Shown piece by piece: positions 29,069 through 38,679 of a stretch of 64,000 nt of DNA. Numbering within the stretch: position 1 is the first letter of the stretch; every line of letters starts with the position of its first letter. The translations under genes and the position numbers were made by a program. Location: IMG/VR virus record IMGVR_UViG_3300009011_000002, positions 1 through 64,000 of that record; one strand, 5' to 3'. Below the pieces are notes generated by a model that ran no database searches, was not told where the DNA came from, and worked only from the letters and a program-made list of their open reading frames with translations.

Positions 29069-29121
29069 AGACCAGCCTCTACTGTTAGGGGAATGGAGCC
29101 CCCTAACAGGAGGCTCCACGT

Positions 29122-31143
29122 TTAACTTACACCGTGCTGGAAGAAACACTCCAACGGAGAAGCTTGTCGATCTTTCACCAAGAACGTCTTCACATTGTTC
29201 AGTACGTTCTGTTGCTTTTCGAAGATCATCAAACCGCCACCGCCGCGATGCTCAATGCAGCTGATGAAACTGGAGAAGTATTTCTCCCCAGGGCCATTCG
29301 CCAGAGCAAAGGACAGGTTGTTTGGATCCCGCGTCAAGGCACAGGCCAGGATGGTTTCAATGTGGATCGCGTTGATGCCTTTGGTCTCAGCGTTGATCAG
29401 GGTCCAGAACTCACCCATCACTTCACCGAACACCTTAGGCGTGACCACTTGCTTCCTCCAAGCGTTGTTACGCTTGTTGAAGGTGAGGAAGTTCTCCACC
29501 CGGGACCGGTGCGCATCCAAGTCCTCACGGGTATACGGGAGTACAAACATCGGCTCGAGGTGGTTCCACTTCGAGAGGTCAACCGAGATGAAACGACGGT
29601 CGTCCACGTTCCAGCCGTTCTCCAAGATATACCGGAGGAAGCCCATAGAAAAGCGAGCGTGGCGAGAAGATACTGACGTAATGGCAGGGTGCTGTTGGGT
29701 AGTGGTACCACCCATCATCACATCTTCCACGTCATATTTGAACGTCACTTCCGTGAAGTACGGTAGCTTGTCCAACGACACTTCGTCCAACACGTCCAAG
29801 CTACGCAGGTCAGCCAGATCTTTGGTGATCACCGACCGCATAACCAGACGGGTTCCTTCCTTCACGAGCTCCGGGGACATGAAGATTTCATCACCATTAC
29901 TGGTAATGATATCCCGATCACGCTGGTGCGGTACAAACTTCTTCGCACTGGCGTTACGGATGAAGTGCTTGGTGGACAGCATCTTCTGACCCAGCGGGTT
30001 ACAAATGGTCGTACCCGAGTACATACCCACGTTTGCGTCACGACGCATCAGGGTGTTGTACGGGATATGCGCCTTCATGGCCCCGTAACATTTCCCACAA
30101 GGCTGACCCGACTTACCATTACGACAGAACGAGATACTGCGAATCTCGACTGTATCACCGGCTTTGATCTTCTTAACCGTTTTGTGGTCAATCAGTTCAG
30201 TGGTACCATCTTCCACCAGCCGGTACTTGCCCATCAGCGCGGACGCCATCTCCGTCGACGTCACACGGATAGGCACCAGGTCGTTGCTACCACAGTCAGT
30301 CATGTGATCAATGGAGTGGATCACTGCACCGAAGATGTGAATCTTCCGGTGGAACCATTCCGAGTCCTTCAGACCTTTACCGTTGGAAATCAACGACTTA
30401 CCCGAACCACGGGAGTCACCCAGCACGTCAGCCAGGTTAACAATACCTTCCGCGTAGTTGGACATCACTGCGTTAGGCAGGATGGTGTTGTTGAGATCGA
30501 ACACCGAACCACGGATAACCGCTTTCTGGTACGCTTGGTTGATACTCACACCACCCGTACGTGCCATCAGCGCCATGGTGTTGGTATTCAGAGAAGGAGC
30601 TTCCTTGAGGTAAGCCCCGAAGAGTTCCTCCCCTTCGTCGATGGTGACCTCTTTCTCGTTCACCTGTCGCCGGATCTCAACGATCCCCGGATCCTCCCGG
30701 AGTTCCGCTACCGACTCTGCCGTGGCCGAGATGACTGAAGTCTCCGACATCACCACGATCAGGTTGTTGAGCTTGGTCTGCCAGTTGTACACCATGACCT
30801 TGATGTAATCGTTCTCCACCGGGTCATGGATGTGCGGCATTACCTCGCCCAAGATATAGTTGACCGGGATCGCCAACGTCTTGTCGTTATACACGACATC
30901 CTTACCGGTTCCGTCTTTGTTAGACGGGATCAGCTCCTTAACGGAATACGGCACTTCGTTGTACCGTGGATGCCGGTGGATGTGTAGCCCTTGCCACGTC
31001 AGCATGAGCGCAAACGTGTCCGTCCGTCTGGTTTCGCCGAAGTCGTCCGTGACATCGGCAGCCATACGGAAACCACGCCAGCGCAACATCTGGGCTTCAG
31101 ACAGGTTTGCGAATTCTCGCAAGTTGATTTGCATCACGCCCAT
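29122..31143 (-). CDS. non-virion RNA polymerase beta' C-terminal subunit (phiKZ gp74-like)
   Basis: bridge helix SEWFHRK, DCGS, RSISFC, CGKCYG, trigger-loop-like NPLGQKMLSTKH; TAATG junction with upstream gene and GGAG RBS. Confidence 0.85.
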   Translation of the reverse strand: MGVMQINLREFANLSEAQMLRWRGFRMAADVTDDFGETRRTDTFALMLTWQGLHIHRHPRYNEVPYSVKELIPSNKDGTGKDVVYNDKTLAIPVNYILGEVMPHIHDPVENDYIKVMVYNWQTKLNNLIVVMSETSVISATAESVAELREDPGIVEIRRQVNEKEVTIDEGEELFGAYLKEAPSLNTNTMALMARTGGVSINQAYQKAVIRGSVFDLNNTILPNAVMSNYAEGIVNLADVLGDSRGSGKSLISNGKGLKDSEWFHRKIHIFGAVIHSIDHMTDCGSNDLVPIRVTSTEMASALMGKYRLVEDGTTELIDHKTVKKIKAGDTVEIRSISFCRNGKSGQPCGKCYGAMKAHIPYNTLMRRDANVGMYSGTTICNPLGQKMLSTKHFIRNASAKKFVPHQRDRDIITSNGDEIFMSPELVKEGTRLVMRSVITKDLADLRSLDVLDEVSLDKLPYFTEVTFKYDVEDVMMGGTTTQQHPAITSVSSRHARFSMGFLRYILENGWNVDDRRFISVDLSKWNHLEPMFVLPYTREDLDAHRSRVENFLTFNKRNNAWRKQVVTPKVFGEVMGEFWTLINAETKGINAIHIETILACALTRDPNNLSFALANGPGEKYFSSFISCIEHRGGGGLMIFEKQQNVLNNVKTFLVKDRQASPLECFFQHGVS

Positions 31144-33491
31144 TACACTGGCTCCTTCAGATTGCATTTATAACCATCCGCTTGATAGTCCATCGACCAA
31201 GCCGGGTTGATACCTGGAGCAAGTTGAGCCGGTTCGTCCAGTCGCTCACGTTTAATCAACGCGTCTTCTGGTTCCGGTACAACAGGTGCCTTAGGTGGTT
31301 CGAACTTGACTGGTTCCTGTTCTGGCATGCGGAAGCCCAGGTCCTGTATCCCGTAATCACCCGGAACACCTTCAGTCCGGTCAGACGGTCGTTCATGCCG
31401 CAACGTGAAGCCGGAGTCCGACAACATACTCGCCGACATCTGCACCGCACGGTTGTACCCGTACTCGTTCTCCTTAACGATCTGGTTGATGTTAAACGGA
31501 TCATCAGCCCGGATAATACGTTGTGGCATCAGCACACGGAGGACTGGCGAATACGCCATGGCCAATTGCTTAACCACTTCCTTCGCACCCACCTGGCTCA
31601 CACGGAGACGACCTTCGGTCTCACCCATGTTGCGGTTCCAGGAATCCCGGATAAAGCTGTTGTACTTGTTGGTCTCGTTCAGTTTGGCTGGCATGCCGAA
31701 CGGGTTAGCGACCGGCAAGGACTGAGCACTCATGTCCGTACCGAACTTGTCCAACAGCATGAAGTGCTGGTTGGTGATCAACACAGGGTTAACCGACCGC
31801 ACTTGTTCACCGAGGGAGCTGGTGAAGGTAATGCACTCCGGCTTGTACGCATAGACCTTACGCAAGGCATTGATAATCGCCACACCGTACAGCTTGGTGT
31901 CCGACCGTACCTGCACACTGATCTGGTTCTTGGCGGTGTAATCCACCAACTCCCGAATGTCCTCGGGATTCACCAGGGTCTGTTTAACCAACTCCGCGTA
32001 TTCCGGGAAGCCAGTCTCGAAGAACTTCATCAGCTTGGCGTATGCCGTGTCATAATCGCCCTGCTTGTGAGCGGCGATCACTTCCTTGTGGACGTTAACG
32101 TTGATGAAGTTGATCGACTGTTCCATCAGCATGGAGTAAATCTGTCGACGGAAGGCTGGTGTGTTGTTCACCATGATGTCGGCAACCGTACCGTCATCAT
32201 ACCGCGGTGCTTCGTGTTGCGGAATAACCCGCACGATTACACCTTTGTCACCGTTCATACCCGACATCTTGAACTTGGTACGACCCGGGACAATCTCACG
32301 CATGGTGATCGTGATGTTCCAGTCTTTCAACTTGTTCCGCTTGATGCTGCGGCTCAAGGTGTTGTGCTTGCCGGTGTACAGGTCTTTGGTGTAGTTGCCG
32401 TACGCGAAGTTAACGAAGTTCGTCAATGCTTCGGTCATGGCGATGTCTTGCCCACGGTTGGCAGCAATACGACCTTTGTACCAGCGCAGCACATTGTTCC
32501 ACATCTCGTTCTGTTTCTTCTCGTACCGGTCCAGTACAGCGTTGTGGGCCTGGTCGATGTATTCCGTCGAACGGTTGTTGGAACGGTTCTTCATACGGTC
32601 GCTGAGCACTTCCACGCTCATGACCTGCGAGTTAACCGGTGCCTTGAACAAGATGTCGTGGTCGTGGTCCGGTACTTGCAGCGCCTTCTTGGTCAGGGCT
32701 ACCAAGGCATGCTCGGTAATCCGACGGCGGAAGCCCATGACGATACCGTCTGGGCGTACCATCTCGCCCGGCTCTGGGAATGGACGAGTACCGTTACCGT
32801 ACAGCATCAACGGAATCAGGTCATCTTCGTTCCAGCCGTGTTTGCGTTCGTGCTTGAACATGCAGCGCAGTTTCTCGTGTGCGCACACGTCGGTAATCCA
32901 AATACCGTCCTCTTCCGTCCCGTGGAAGGATGCCGGAGCGACTTTAAGGTCCATCCCGAACATCCACTCACCCGATTTACTGATGCGTGGACTCTGAGCA
33001 AAGATGTAACCTTTCGGGAACGTCGCACCTTTCTCCAGCTTACGCCAGACTTCCTTGTTGTACACGTACTCGAAGCCGACGTACGTATTCTGGGTGTTGT
33101 ACCGCGGTAGCTCCAGAATGTCGTACATGTTCTTTTCGTCATTCTTAAAGATGACGAACACCGGATTCCATTTGTCAGTACGTTCGTCGTTGTTTGCTAC
33201 GAGCGTCTCGACGTAGAACAGTTCCTCCACGATCATGTTGGAGGGTGCATCGATGCGGCGAGCGGTTTCAGCGTATTGATACTCAAAACCTGTAGTCAGC
33301 TTACGCTCACTCGCACCGGATGTCACCACAGCTTTAGGGATCATGTTACCGACCATGTAAATACGAGTCGGCGACGATACCCAAGGGAATGCCACTAGGT
33401 TAGCACACACCCCGACGATGGCAGGATGCAGCTGGTTCTCTTGAACCGGGAACTTCAGATCAAACTGAAATTCGTCAGACTTCTTGCCCAC
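31143..33491 (-). CDS. non-virion RNA polymerase beta C-terminal subunit (phiKZ gp71-73-like, uninterrupted)
   Basis: SSPTRIYM, GTEEDGI, KFKMSGMNGDKGVI, NMGETE motifs; GTG start with GGGAG RBS. Confidence 0.85.
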   Translation of the reverse strand: MGKKSDEFQFDLKFPVQENQLHPAIVGVCANLVAFPWVSSPTRIYMVGNMIPKAVVTSGASERKLTTGFEYQYAETARRIDAPSNMIVEELFYVETLVANNDERTDKWNPVFVIFKNDEKNMYDILELPRYNTQNTYVGFEYVYNKEVWRKLEKGATFPKGYIFAQSPRISKSGEWMFGMDLKVAPASFHGTEEDGIWITDVCAHEKLRCMFKHERKHGWNEDDLIPLMLYGNGTRPFPEPGEMVRPDGIVMGFRRRITEHALVALTKKALQVPDHDHDILFKAPVNSQVMSVEVLSDRMKNRSNNRSTEYIDQAHNAVLDRYEKKQNEMWNNVLRWYKGRIAANRGQDIAMTEALTNFVNFAYGNYTKDLYTGKHNTLSRSIKRNKLKDWNITITMREIVPGRTKFKMSGMNGDKGVIVRVIPQHEAPRYDDGTVADIMVNNTPAFRRQIYSMLMEQSINFINVNVHKEVIAAHKQGDYDTAYAKLMKFFETGFPEYAELVKQTLVNPEDIRELVDYTAKNQISVQVRSDTKLYGVAIINALRKVYAYKPECITFTSSLGEQVRSVNPVLITNQHFMLLDKFGTDMSAQSLPVANPFGMPAKLNETNKYNSFIRDSWNRNMGETEGRLRVSQVGAKEVVKQLAMAYSPVLRVLMPQRIIRADDPFNINQIVKENEYGYNRAVQMSASMLSDSGFTLRHERPSDRTEGVPGDYGIQDLGFRMPEQEPVKFEPPKAPVVPEPEDALIKRERLDEPAQLAPGINPAWSMDYQADGYKCNLKEPV

Positions 33492-33550
33492 GGTGTTTTA
33501 CTCCCTTACCAGGATCTGATATCAGATCTCAAATTCTAAGTTTCACACTG

Positions 33551-33568
33551 ATGATATAGGTTTAAAAA
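33551..33568 (-). promoter_or_regulatory. early-type promoter TTTTTAAACCTATATCAT
   Basis: one of five copies of TTTnnnACCTAYATYAY upstream of minus-strand genes. Confidence 0.7.
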
Positions 33569-33605
33569 CAGTTAACCCAGTTCCCACTACTCACCAGAGG
33601 TCGCC

Positions 33606-33932
33606 ATGCCTATTTCTGATGCTTATAGCACCGAAAAGGACGTTTTCTATACCGACCGATATAAAACGTTGGTCAGGTCCCAAAAAGAAACATTGCTAAA
33701 AACAGCTCAACAGATCCCCATCTTGGACCGTGCACAGCTACACGCGTACCGTACGGATGTGTACCGTGTGCTGCGGAGTCTGAAAGTCCCTCCCCACTTG
33801 TACTGGACGACGGCCTTTATCAATGGGCTGGAGAACCCAGACGCAGACGTTAGCGGGCTGAAGTTTATCTACAGCGTGCAGGAAAACGTCTTGGAGAAAA
33901 TGATCTCGCGTAGCAATACGCAGCGTGGCTAA
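33606..33932 (+). CDS. small LysM-like/baseplate (P2 gpX, T4 gp53-like) protein
   Basis: 108 aa, GAGG RBS; HLYWTTAFINGLENP resembles the W..IA..N.I.NP LysM-like motif. Confidence 0.5.
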   Translation: MPISDAYSTEKDVFYTDRYKTLVRSQKETLLKTAQQIPILDRAQLHAYRTDVYRVLRSLKVPPHLYWTTAFINGLENPDADVSGLKFIYSVQENVLEKMISRSNTQRG

Positions 33933-33955
33933 ATAAAAAATTGAAGGTTAGGAAT

Positions 33956-33981
33956 AGCAGGTGGGGGAGACCCCACCTGCT
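33956..33981. terminator. bidirectional intrinsic terminator
   Basis: AGCAGGTGGGG/CCCCACCTGCT stem between convergent genes. Confidence 0.75.
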
Positions 33982-33997
33982 TATCCGTTATGGCTGC

Positions 33998-35485
33998 TTA
34001 GAAAGTAGCCGCGTTGGCATCGCTACCGCCGTACTGTACTGCGTTACCGCCACCGGAAGTGACCGGCGCCGACATTTGGTACATCCCCATCATGTTCGGT
34101 TGCATGCCCATCATCGGCATCATACCTGGCATACCCATCATGCCCGGCATGCCCATCATGTTGGGTTGCACCCCCATCATGTTCGGCATCATGTTCGGGA
34201 GCATCTGCTGTTGCTGCATGCCCTGGATTTCGGAGCGCTGCAGTTTGTTACCCTGACGGGTGCACAGGTAGATGACCGGAACGCCGTGCATGGTGACCGC
34301 ATGGTGGATCACACGGTTACCGGCCATGTCGATTTCGGACCGCACATAACGGTCGCCCATTTCCATAACCGGTGGCGTGGTGTCGAAGCCCATGTTGGAC
34401 TGCTGAACCGGAATCAGCTGTTGCTGTTGCTGCTGCATCTGGTTCGGCTGCTGGAGGATCGTCACATTCTGCTGCGGTTGCTGCTGGGTGTTCGACGACG
34501 ACACCGACATGAGACCCGACAGGTCAGACTGGCTGCCCGACGTGTTGGTGTTCTCGTCGTAGGTGTTGTGGCTGTTGTAGTCCAGCACTGGTACCTGACG
34601 GTAGATATCCGGCAGCTCTTCCATGTGCTCTGCCCAATCAACGTCGATCGGGTAGACGCCGGCCTTGTCGAAGTCGGCACGGAAGATGTTCTGGATGCGG
34701 TTCAGTTGCTCCGCGATGTCGGTGTAGCAACCCAGGTACGACACCAGGCGAGCAGCCACCGGATGAACCGATTCGAACTCGTAATCGTTCGGGTTGAGCA
34801 CCGCCGGAATGATCGACTGGAACAGGTGAGCCGCCACCTTCAATGCCGCACGCGACACGCTGAAGTTGTTGATCTCGACCAGCTGGTTGTCGGACTGACC
34901 TTCGGAACGCACCAGGCGCTTGATGACCTCGTCGTAGAACGGGAAGGTAGGACGAGTCTTGTAGTAGACCTTCTCACCCGACCGCTGGCTACGGCCACCG
35001 CCCTTGGTCACCTTGAGGTGCATGAAGCGGTTGTCCAGGCCGTTGTCGTCGATCTCGACCTTCATCTGCTTGAACAGTTCGCTCAGTTCGTCACGCACAG
35101 AACGCTTGATCTTCTTGAGCGGTTCCAGCAGGTCCAGGGTTTCCTGCTTCCAGGCTTTCTTCTCGGGACCACCGGCCACGCCGATCAACACGATCGGGTA
35201 CTTGCGGAACACGTCGAGGATCTTCATGCTGGTCATCTTGCGGATGATCTTGAAGACCTCGGTTTCCTTCGAGGTGATGTTCTCGCAGGCCGGGTGGAAG
35301 AAGACCTTGGCAACACAGTTACCTTCCAGGACTTCCGACGTCGGCAGGTACATGTCCTGCTCGTCGATGCGAATGTCGATCTCGGCGTTGCTACCGGAGA
35401 CCGTGAAGACGATGCGGCCGTCGTCCTTGACCAAGGCTCCCCACGAAAGGAGCATGGCTTTATACAGCTTGTTGAGTTCGTTCAT
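33998..35485 (-). CDS. conserved nucleus-block protein (phiKZ gp70-like by synteny) with Q/M/G/P low-complexity tail
   Basis: 495 aa between the PicA-like gene and beta-C; C-terminal MMGMPG/QPNMMG repeats. Confidence 0.7.
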   Translation of the reverse strand: MNELNKLYKAMLLSWGALVKDDGRIVFTVSGSNAEIDIRIDEQDMYLPTSEVLEGNCVAKVFFHPACENITSKETEVFKIIRKMTSMKILDVFRKYPIVLIGVAGGPEKKAWKQETLDLLEPLKKIKRSVRDELSELFKQMKVEIDDNGLDNRFMHLKVTKGGGRSQRSGEKVYYKTRPTFPFYDEVIKRLVRSEGQSDNQLVEINNFSVSRAALKVAAHLFQSIIPAVLNPNDYEFESVHPVAARLVSYLGCYTDIAEQLNRIQNIFRADFDKAGVYPIDVDWAEHMEELPDIYRQVPVLDYNSHNTYDENTNTSGSQSDLSGLMSVSSSNTQQQPQQNVTILQQPNQMQQQQQQLIPVQQSNMGFDTTPPVMEMGDRYVRSEIDMAGNRVIHHAVTMHGVPVIYLCTRQGNKLQRSEIQGMQQQQMLPNMMPNMMGVQPNMMGMPGMMGMPGMMPMMGMQPNMMGMYQMSAPVTSGGGNAVQYGGSDANAATF

Positions 35486-35494
35486 GGGGAAACC

Positions 35495-36934
35495 TTATGC
35501 AAAGTGATCGCGAATGTTGGTCATCAGGTTCTTGGCCTCGGCGAGACCGTTGTCCGATGCGGTGATGTTGGTGCTGGTACGGTTGATACAGTACGTAGCA
35601 TTGACGAAGCGCTGCCCGTTGTTCTGGTCGCCGTTGAAGAAGATCTCCACCGACGTCTCACCAAACACCGAGCACGTCACCATCACGTTCATGATGTGGC
35701 TGCTGTGGACATAGCCGGTGGAGTACTTGGCGAAGAAGTGGGCTTTCAGCAACTGCTTGAACTGCTCTACACGGTTGATGGCGTAGTCGTCGTTGCTCAG
35801 TACCGAACCGAACTCACCGTTGATGATCTCCACACCGTCGTCCGAACCTTGCAGACCGTGGAAGTCGTGTGGGTTGTTGGTAGCCGAGAACACCAGGTGA
35901 GTCAGACCCACTTGGATCAGCAGGTGTACGGTGAGGAAGGCCAGTTCGCACGCGATGATCTCGTGGTTGGTAATCCGACCATAGTCCATAGAGTCCATCA
36001 GGTTGTTGACTTGCGTGAACGTAGTAGGGTTCAGCAGGTCGAGGTTCAGCACTTGCGGCAGGTTGGTAAAGACCGACGCAATCTCTTGCACCGACCAACC
36101 TTGGAAGCCGTTCATCATGTTGCTGGTGCCGAGGTTGAACATCATGGCCTGGAAGAATTCGTTGTCAGTCAACGAAGCTTCCTGAATGCCAACACCACCC
36201 ATGCTTTCCGAGAAGGCATTCTCCATACCGATCTTCTGCGCGGTAATGCCGGTGTTGGTGGCCAGCTTAAGCAGTTCCTTCGCATGGTGCGTAGGATTGA
36301 GGTTCTGCGTCTTGGACGAGACAACCGTCTTCGCCAAGTTGGTACCCAGGGTGCCGTCGTACTGAGCACCGATGCCGTCTTCTTCACAGGCCATGAAGCC
36401 GAGTGCTTCGTTGGCCACGTCCATCGGGCGAATAGCCTTGAGCTTCTTCTGGCCGAATGGGTCACCCAGCAGGAACTGTTGCGACGACGTGATGCTGGTG
36501 CTGGCCAGTGGGAACCCGTGGTTGTCTTGTACGTTTTTGGTTTCCGACGACCATGCCCGCACTGGTACGAACAGGGTTTCTGGTGGAATACCTTCCATCG
36601 AGGCACCTGAGCCACCGGTCAGGTAACCGAGCACCACCAGTTCCACGGAGCTCAGCGAGTTGCGGGTAACCTGGAAGCGGAGCATACCGATACCGCGACG
36701 GATGTTGAAACCGTCTTCGATATTGACCATACCGCCAGGCTGTGCGCTCAGGCCACCGGACTGTTCAGCGACGGCTTGCAGCGTGGTACCCTTGATACCT
36801 CCCTGGAACTGTTCCATCTTCAGCGTGTCCATCATCATGCTGTTTGGATTCATGACGTTATGACGATGGTAGTGGTCGTGGTTCGCGTTGCCCATACCGA
36901 ACAGTGCTTGAGTCAGGATTACTTCTTTTTCCAT
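35495..36934 (-). CDS. picA: phage-nucleus protein importer PicA/Imp1 (phiKZ gp69-like)
   Basis: position directly after the sigma-like subunit and compatible size (479 aa); assignment mainly by synteny. Confidence 0.6.
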   Translation of the reverse strand: MEKEVILTQALFGMGNANHDHYHRHNVMNPNSMMMDTLKMEQFQGGIKGTTLQAVAEQSGGLSAQPGGMVNIEDGFNIRRGIGMLRFQVTRNSLSSVELVVLGYLTGGSGASMEGIPPETLFVPVRAWSSETKNVQDNHGFPLASTSITSSQQFLLGDPFGQKKLKAIRPMDVANEALGFMACEEDGIGAQYDGTLGTNLAKTVVSSKTQNLNPTHHAKELLKLATNTGITAQKIGMENAFSESMGGVGIQEASLTDNEFFQAMMFNLGTSNMMNGFQGWSVQEIASVFTNLPQVLNLDLLNPTTFTQVNNLMDSMDYGRITNHEIIACELAFLTVHLLIQVGLTHLVFSATNNPHDFHGLQGSDDGVEIINGEFGSVLSNDDYAINRVEQFKQLLKAHFFAKYSTGYVHSSHIMNVMVTCSVFGETSVEIFFNGDQNNGQRFVNATYCINRTSTNITASDNGLAEAKNLMTNIRDHFA

Positions 36935-36960
36935 TTTGCTGCGCCTCTACTTAATTCAGA

Positions 36961-38541
36961 TTAACCGTTTACGTGACGAACCAACGACATGAATTCTTTC
37001 TTGATTTCCACATCAATGTCGATTGAGAACATCGAACCTTCTTTGACCCGGCCGTAGATTTCCTCGTTGTCCAACACCCCGTATTCCAAGTTGGACATCC
37101 ACTGGCCGTTGCCAAACAACTCCAGGAACTGTTCTGCCGAGACCAACGCTTCATTGAAAGAGCGCCCGTCATTGTTCCTGGATTGGACTTCACAGATCGA
37201 AGCTAAGTAATCCTTCTCTTCGGTGTTCAGTTTCAGTCCATCTCCCAGCGCTCGCTGTCCGTTCGGGTCGTGGATTGCCCCCAGCAAGGATGGAAGGTAT
37301 TTGTAGCCCATCTCGCTCAACCACACCTGCGCAATGGCAATCGCTGCCATGAGCTGAGGGTAGTAGGCCGCATCATAAATGAACGGCGAAGCGACGATGG
37401 TTTCTTCGGTCAGTTGACCTGCGTACGTCAGTTGCAGGATCTTCCGAATGTGGTCGGTCAACTCGAAGTCCCAGTTAGGTGGGAGATTGTCGTAGACCTT
37501 CTCGATCAGCTTGTGACGTTTGATCCCCAGTGCCAAGGCCTGGTAGTAGAAACGGTCACCGCCACGGGGTGCATCATTCTCGTCGAACAGACCGAAACTG
37601 AAGAACTCCGCTTGTACCGTTTCGTTGGAGGACTTCACCTCTTCGCTGATCTGGTACTTGTCGAGGATCGAGCGTTTGTCGTCATCGTCATCCGACGGAC
37701 GATCTTTGTCGCGGAAGGTAGAACTGCCCGCTTCGTGCAACTTGACAGCTGCGTTGATCGCGGTGGCGATGTTCTTGCCTTCTTCCGTTTCTGGAATAAC
37801 TGCACAGCACAGACGGCCGAACACGGCGTTGTACAGAACCCGATCGACGAAGTTCTCTACGCTGGTCACGCTGTCAACTTGCGAAGGAATGCCCCGCTTG
37901 TTGAACGCGAACTTCACGTAGGTCGACAGTTTCAACCAGCCCTGCATGGCTGACAGCACCGGGTTGTCTTTGATCAGGCGACCGCACACCAGTTCTGCAC
38001 TCGGAATACCCATGTGCGGTTCGAACCGTGCAATCAACCCGAAGACGATCGGGTAGATGGTCCGTACCGAGAACGCGTACTTCACCATGCCGATGTAATC
38101 TTGGTCCATGATGGTCGTTTGTTCTGGATAGTCGCCTTTACTCGCGGCTTTGCTCAGGTCCTTAGGGATCCTGAGGTATTTGTCCGAGTATTGAATGAAG
38201 TCACAGTATTTATACACGTTGATGAAATCAATGATCTCATCGCAGATGGGTTTCAGCCGCTCCAGTTCGGCGTCGTATTCCACGACCTTGCCGCTGTCCA
38301 CGATCTTGTGCGCTTTCTCGTAGAGGGCAAACAGCTTTTCTTGCTGCTCGTGGTTCATGGTGCTCTGGACGTAATCGTTCTGGCAATCGAAGAGATTACT
38401 CTCTGGTTCGTTGCGGTCCTTGATCACCTTCTCGAGCTTGATGGTGGCTTTACCGTTGAACTTAAGCACATGGCTGTTCATGGTAATAACAATAGCTTCC
38501 AAGGATTTCTTGGAGCTACGACGTGTGTCAATTGAGAACAT
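36961..38541 (-). CDS. non-virion RNAP sigma-like specificity subunit (phiKZ gp68-like)
   Basis: ATG 38541 with GGAG RBS, ~526 aa, helical; synteny between ChmC-like and PicA-like genes. Confidence 0.65.
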   Translation of the reverse strand: MFSIDTRRSSKKSLEAIVITMNSHVLKFNGKATIKLEKVIKDRNEPESNLFDCQNDYVQSTMNHEQQEKLFALYEKAHKIVDSGKVVEYDAELERLKPICDEIIDFINVYKYCDFIQYSDKYLRIPKDLSKAASKGDYPEQTTIMDQDYIGMVKYAFSVRTIYPIVFGLIARFEPHMGIPSAELVCGRLIKDNPVLSAMQGWLKLSTYVKFAFNKRGIPSQVDSVTSVENFVDRVLYNAVFGRLCCAVIPETEEGKNIATAINAAVKLHEAGSSTFRDKDRPSDDDDDKRSILDKYQISEEVKSSNETVQAEFFSFGLFDENDAPRGGDRFYYQALALGIKRHKLIEKVYDNLPPNWDFELTDHIRKILQLTYAGQLTEETIVASPFIYDAAYYPQLMAAIAIAQVWLSEMGYKYLPSLLGAIHDPNGQRALGDGLKLNTEEKDYLASICEVQSRNNDGRSFNEALVSAEQFLELFGNGQWMSNLEYGVLDNEEIYGRVKEGSMFSIDIDVEIKKEFMSLVRHVNG

Positions 38542-38575
38542 GAAAAGAACACTCCAATTGCGTATGCTCAACCAA

Positions 38576-38593
38576 ATAATGTAGGTTTCAAAT
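38576..38593 (-). promoter_or_regulatory. early-type promoter ATTTGAAACCTACATTAT
   Basis: copy of the conserved motif. Confidence 0.7.
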
Positions 38594-38635
38594 ATTGTTA
38601 CCTGAGCATGAATCGGCTATCGGCCATAGATAAAG

Positions 38636-38664
38636 TAGGGTAAGGGGCAGTGCCCCTTACCCTA
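38636..38664 (-). terminator. intrinsic terminator
   Basis: TAGGGTAAGGGGCA/TGCCCCTTACCCTA stem followed by CTTTAT on the minus strand. Confidence 0.75.
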
Positions 38665-38679
38665 TTCAGGAGACGAGGA

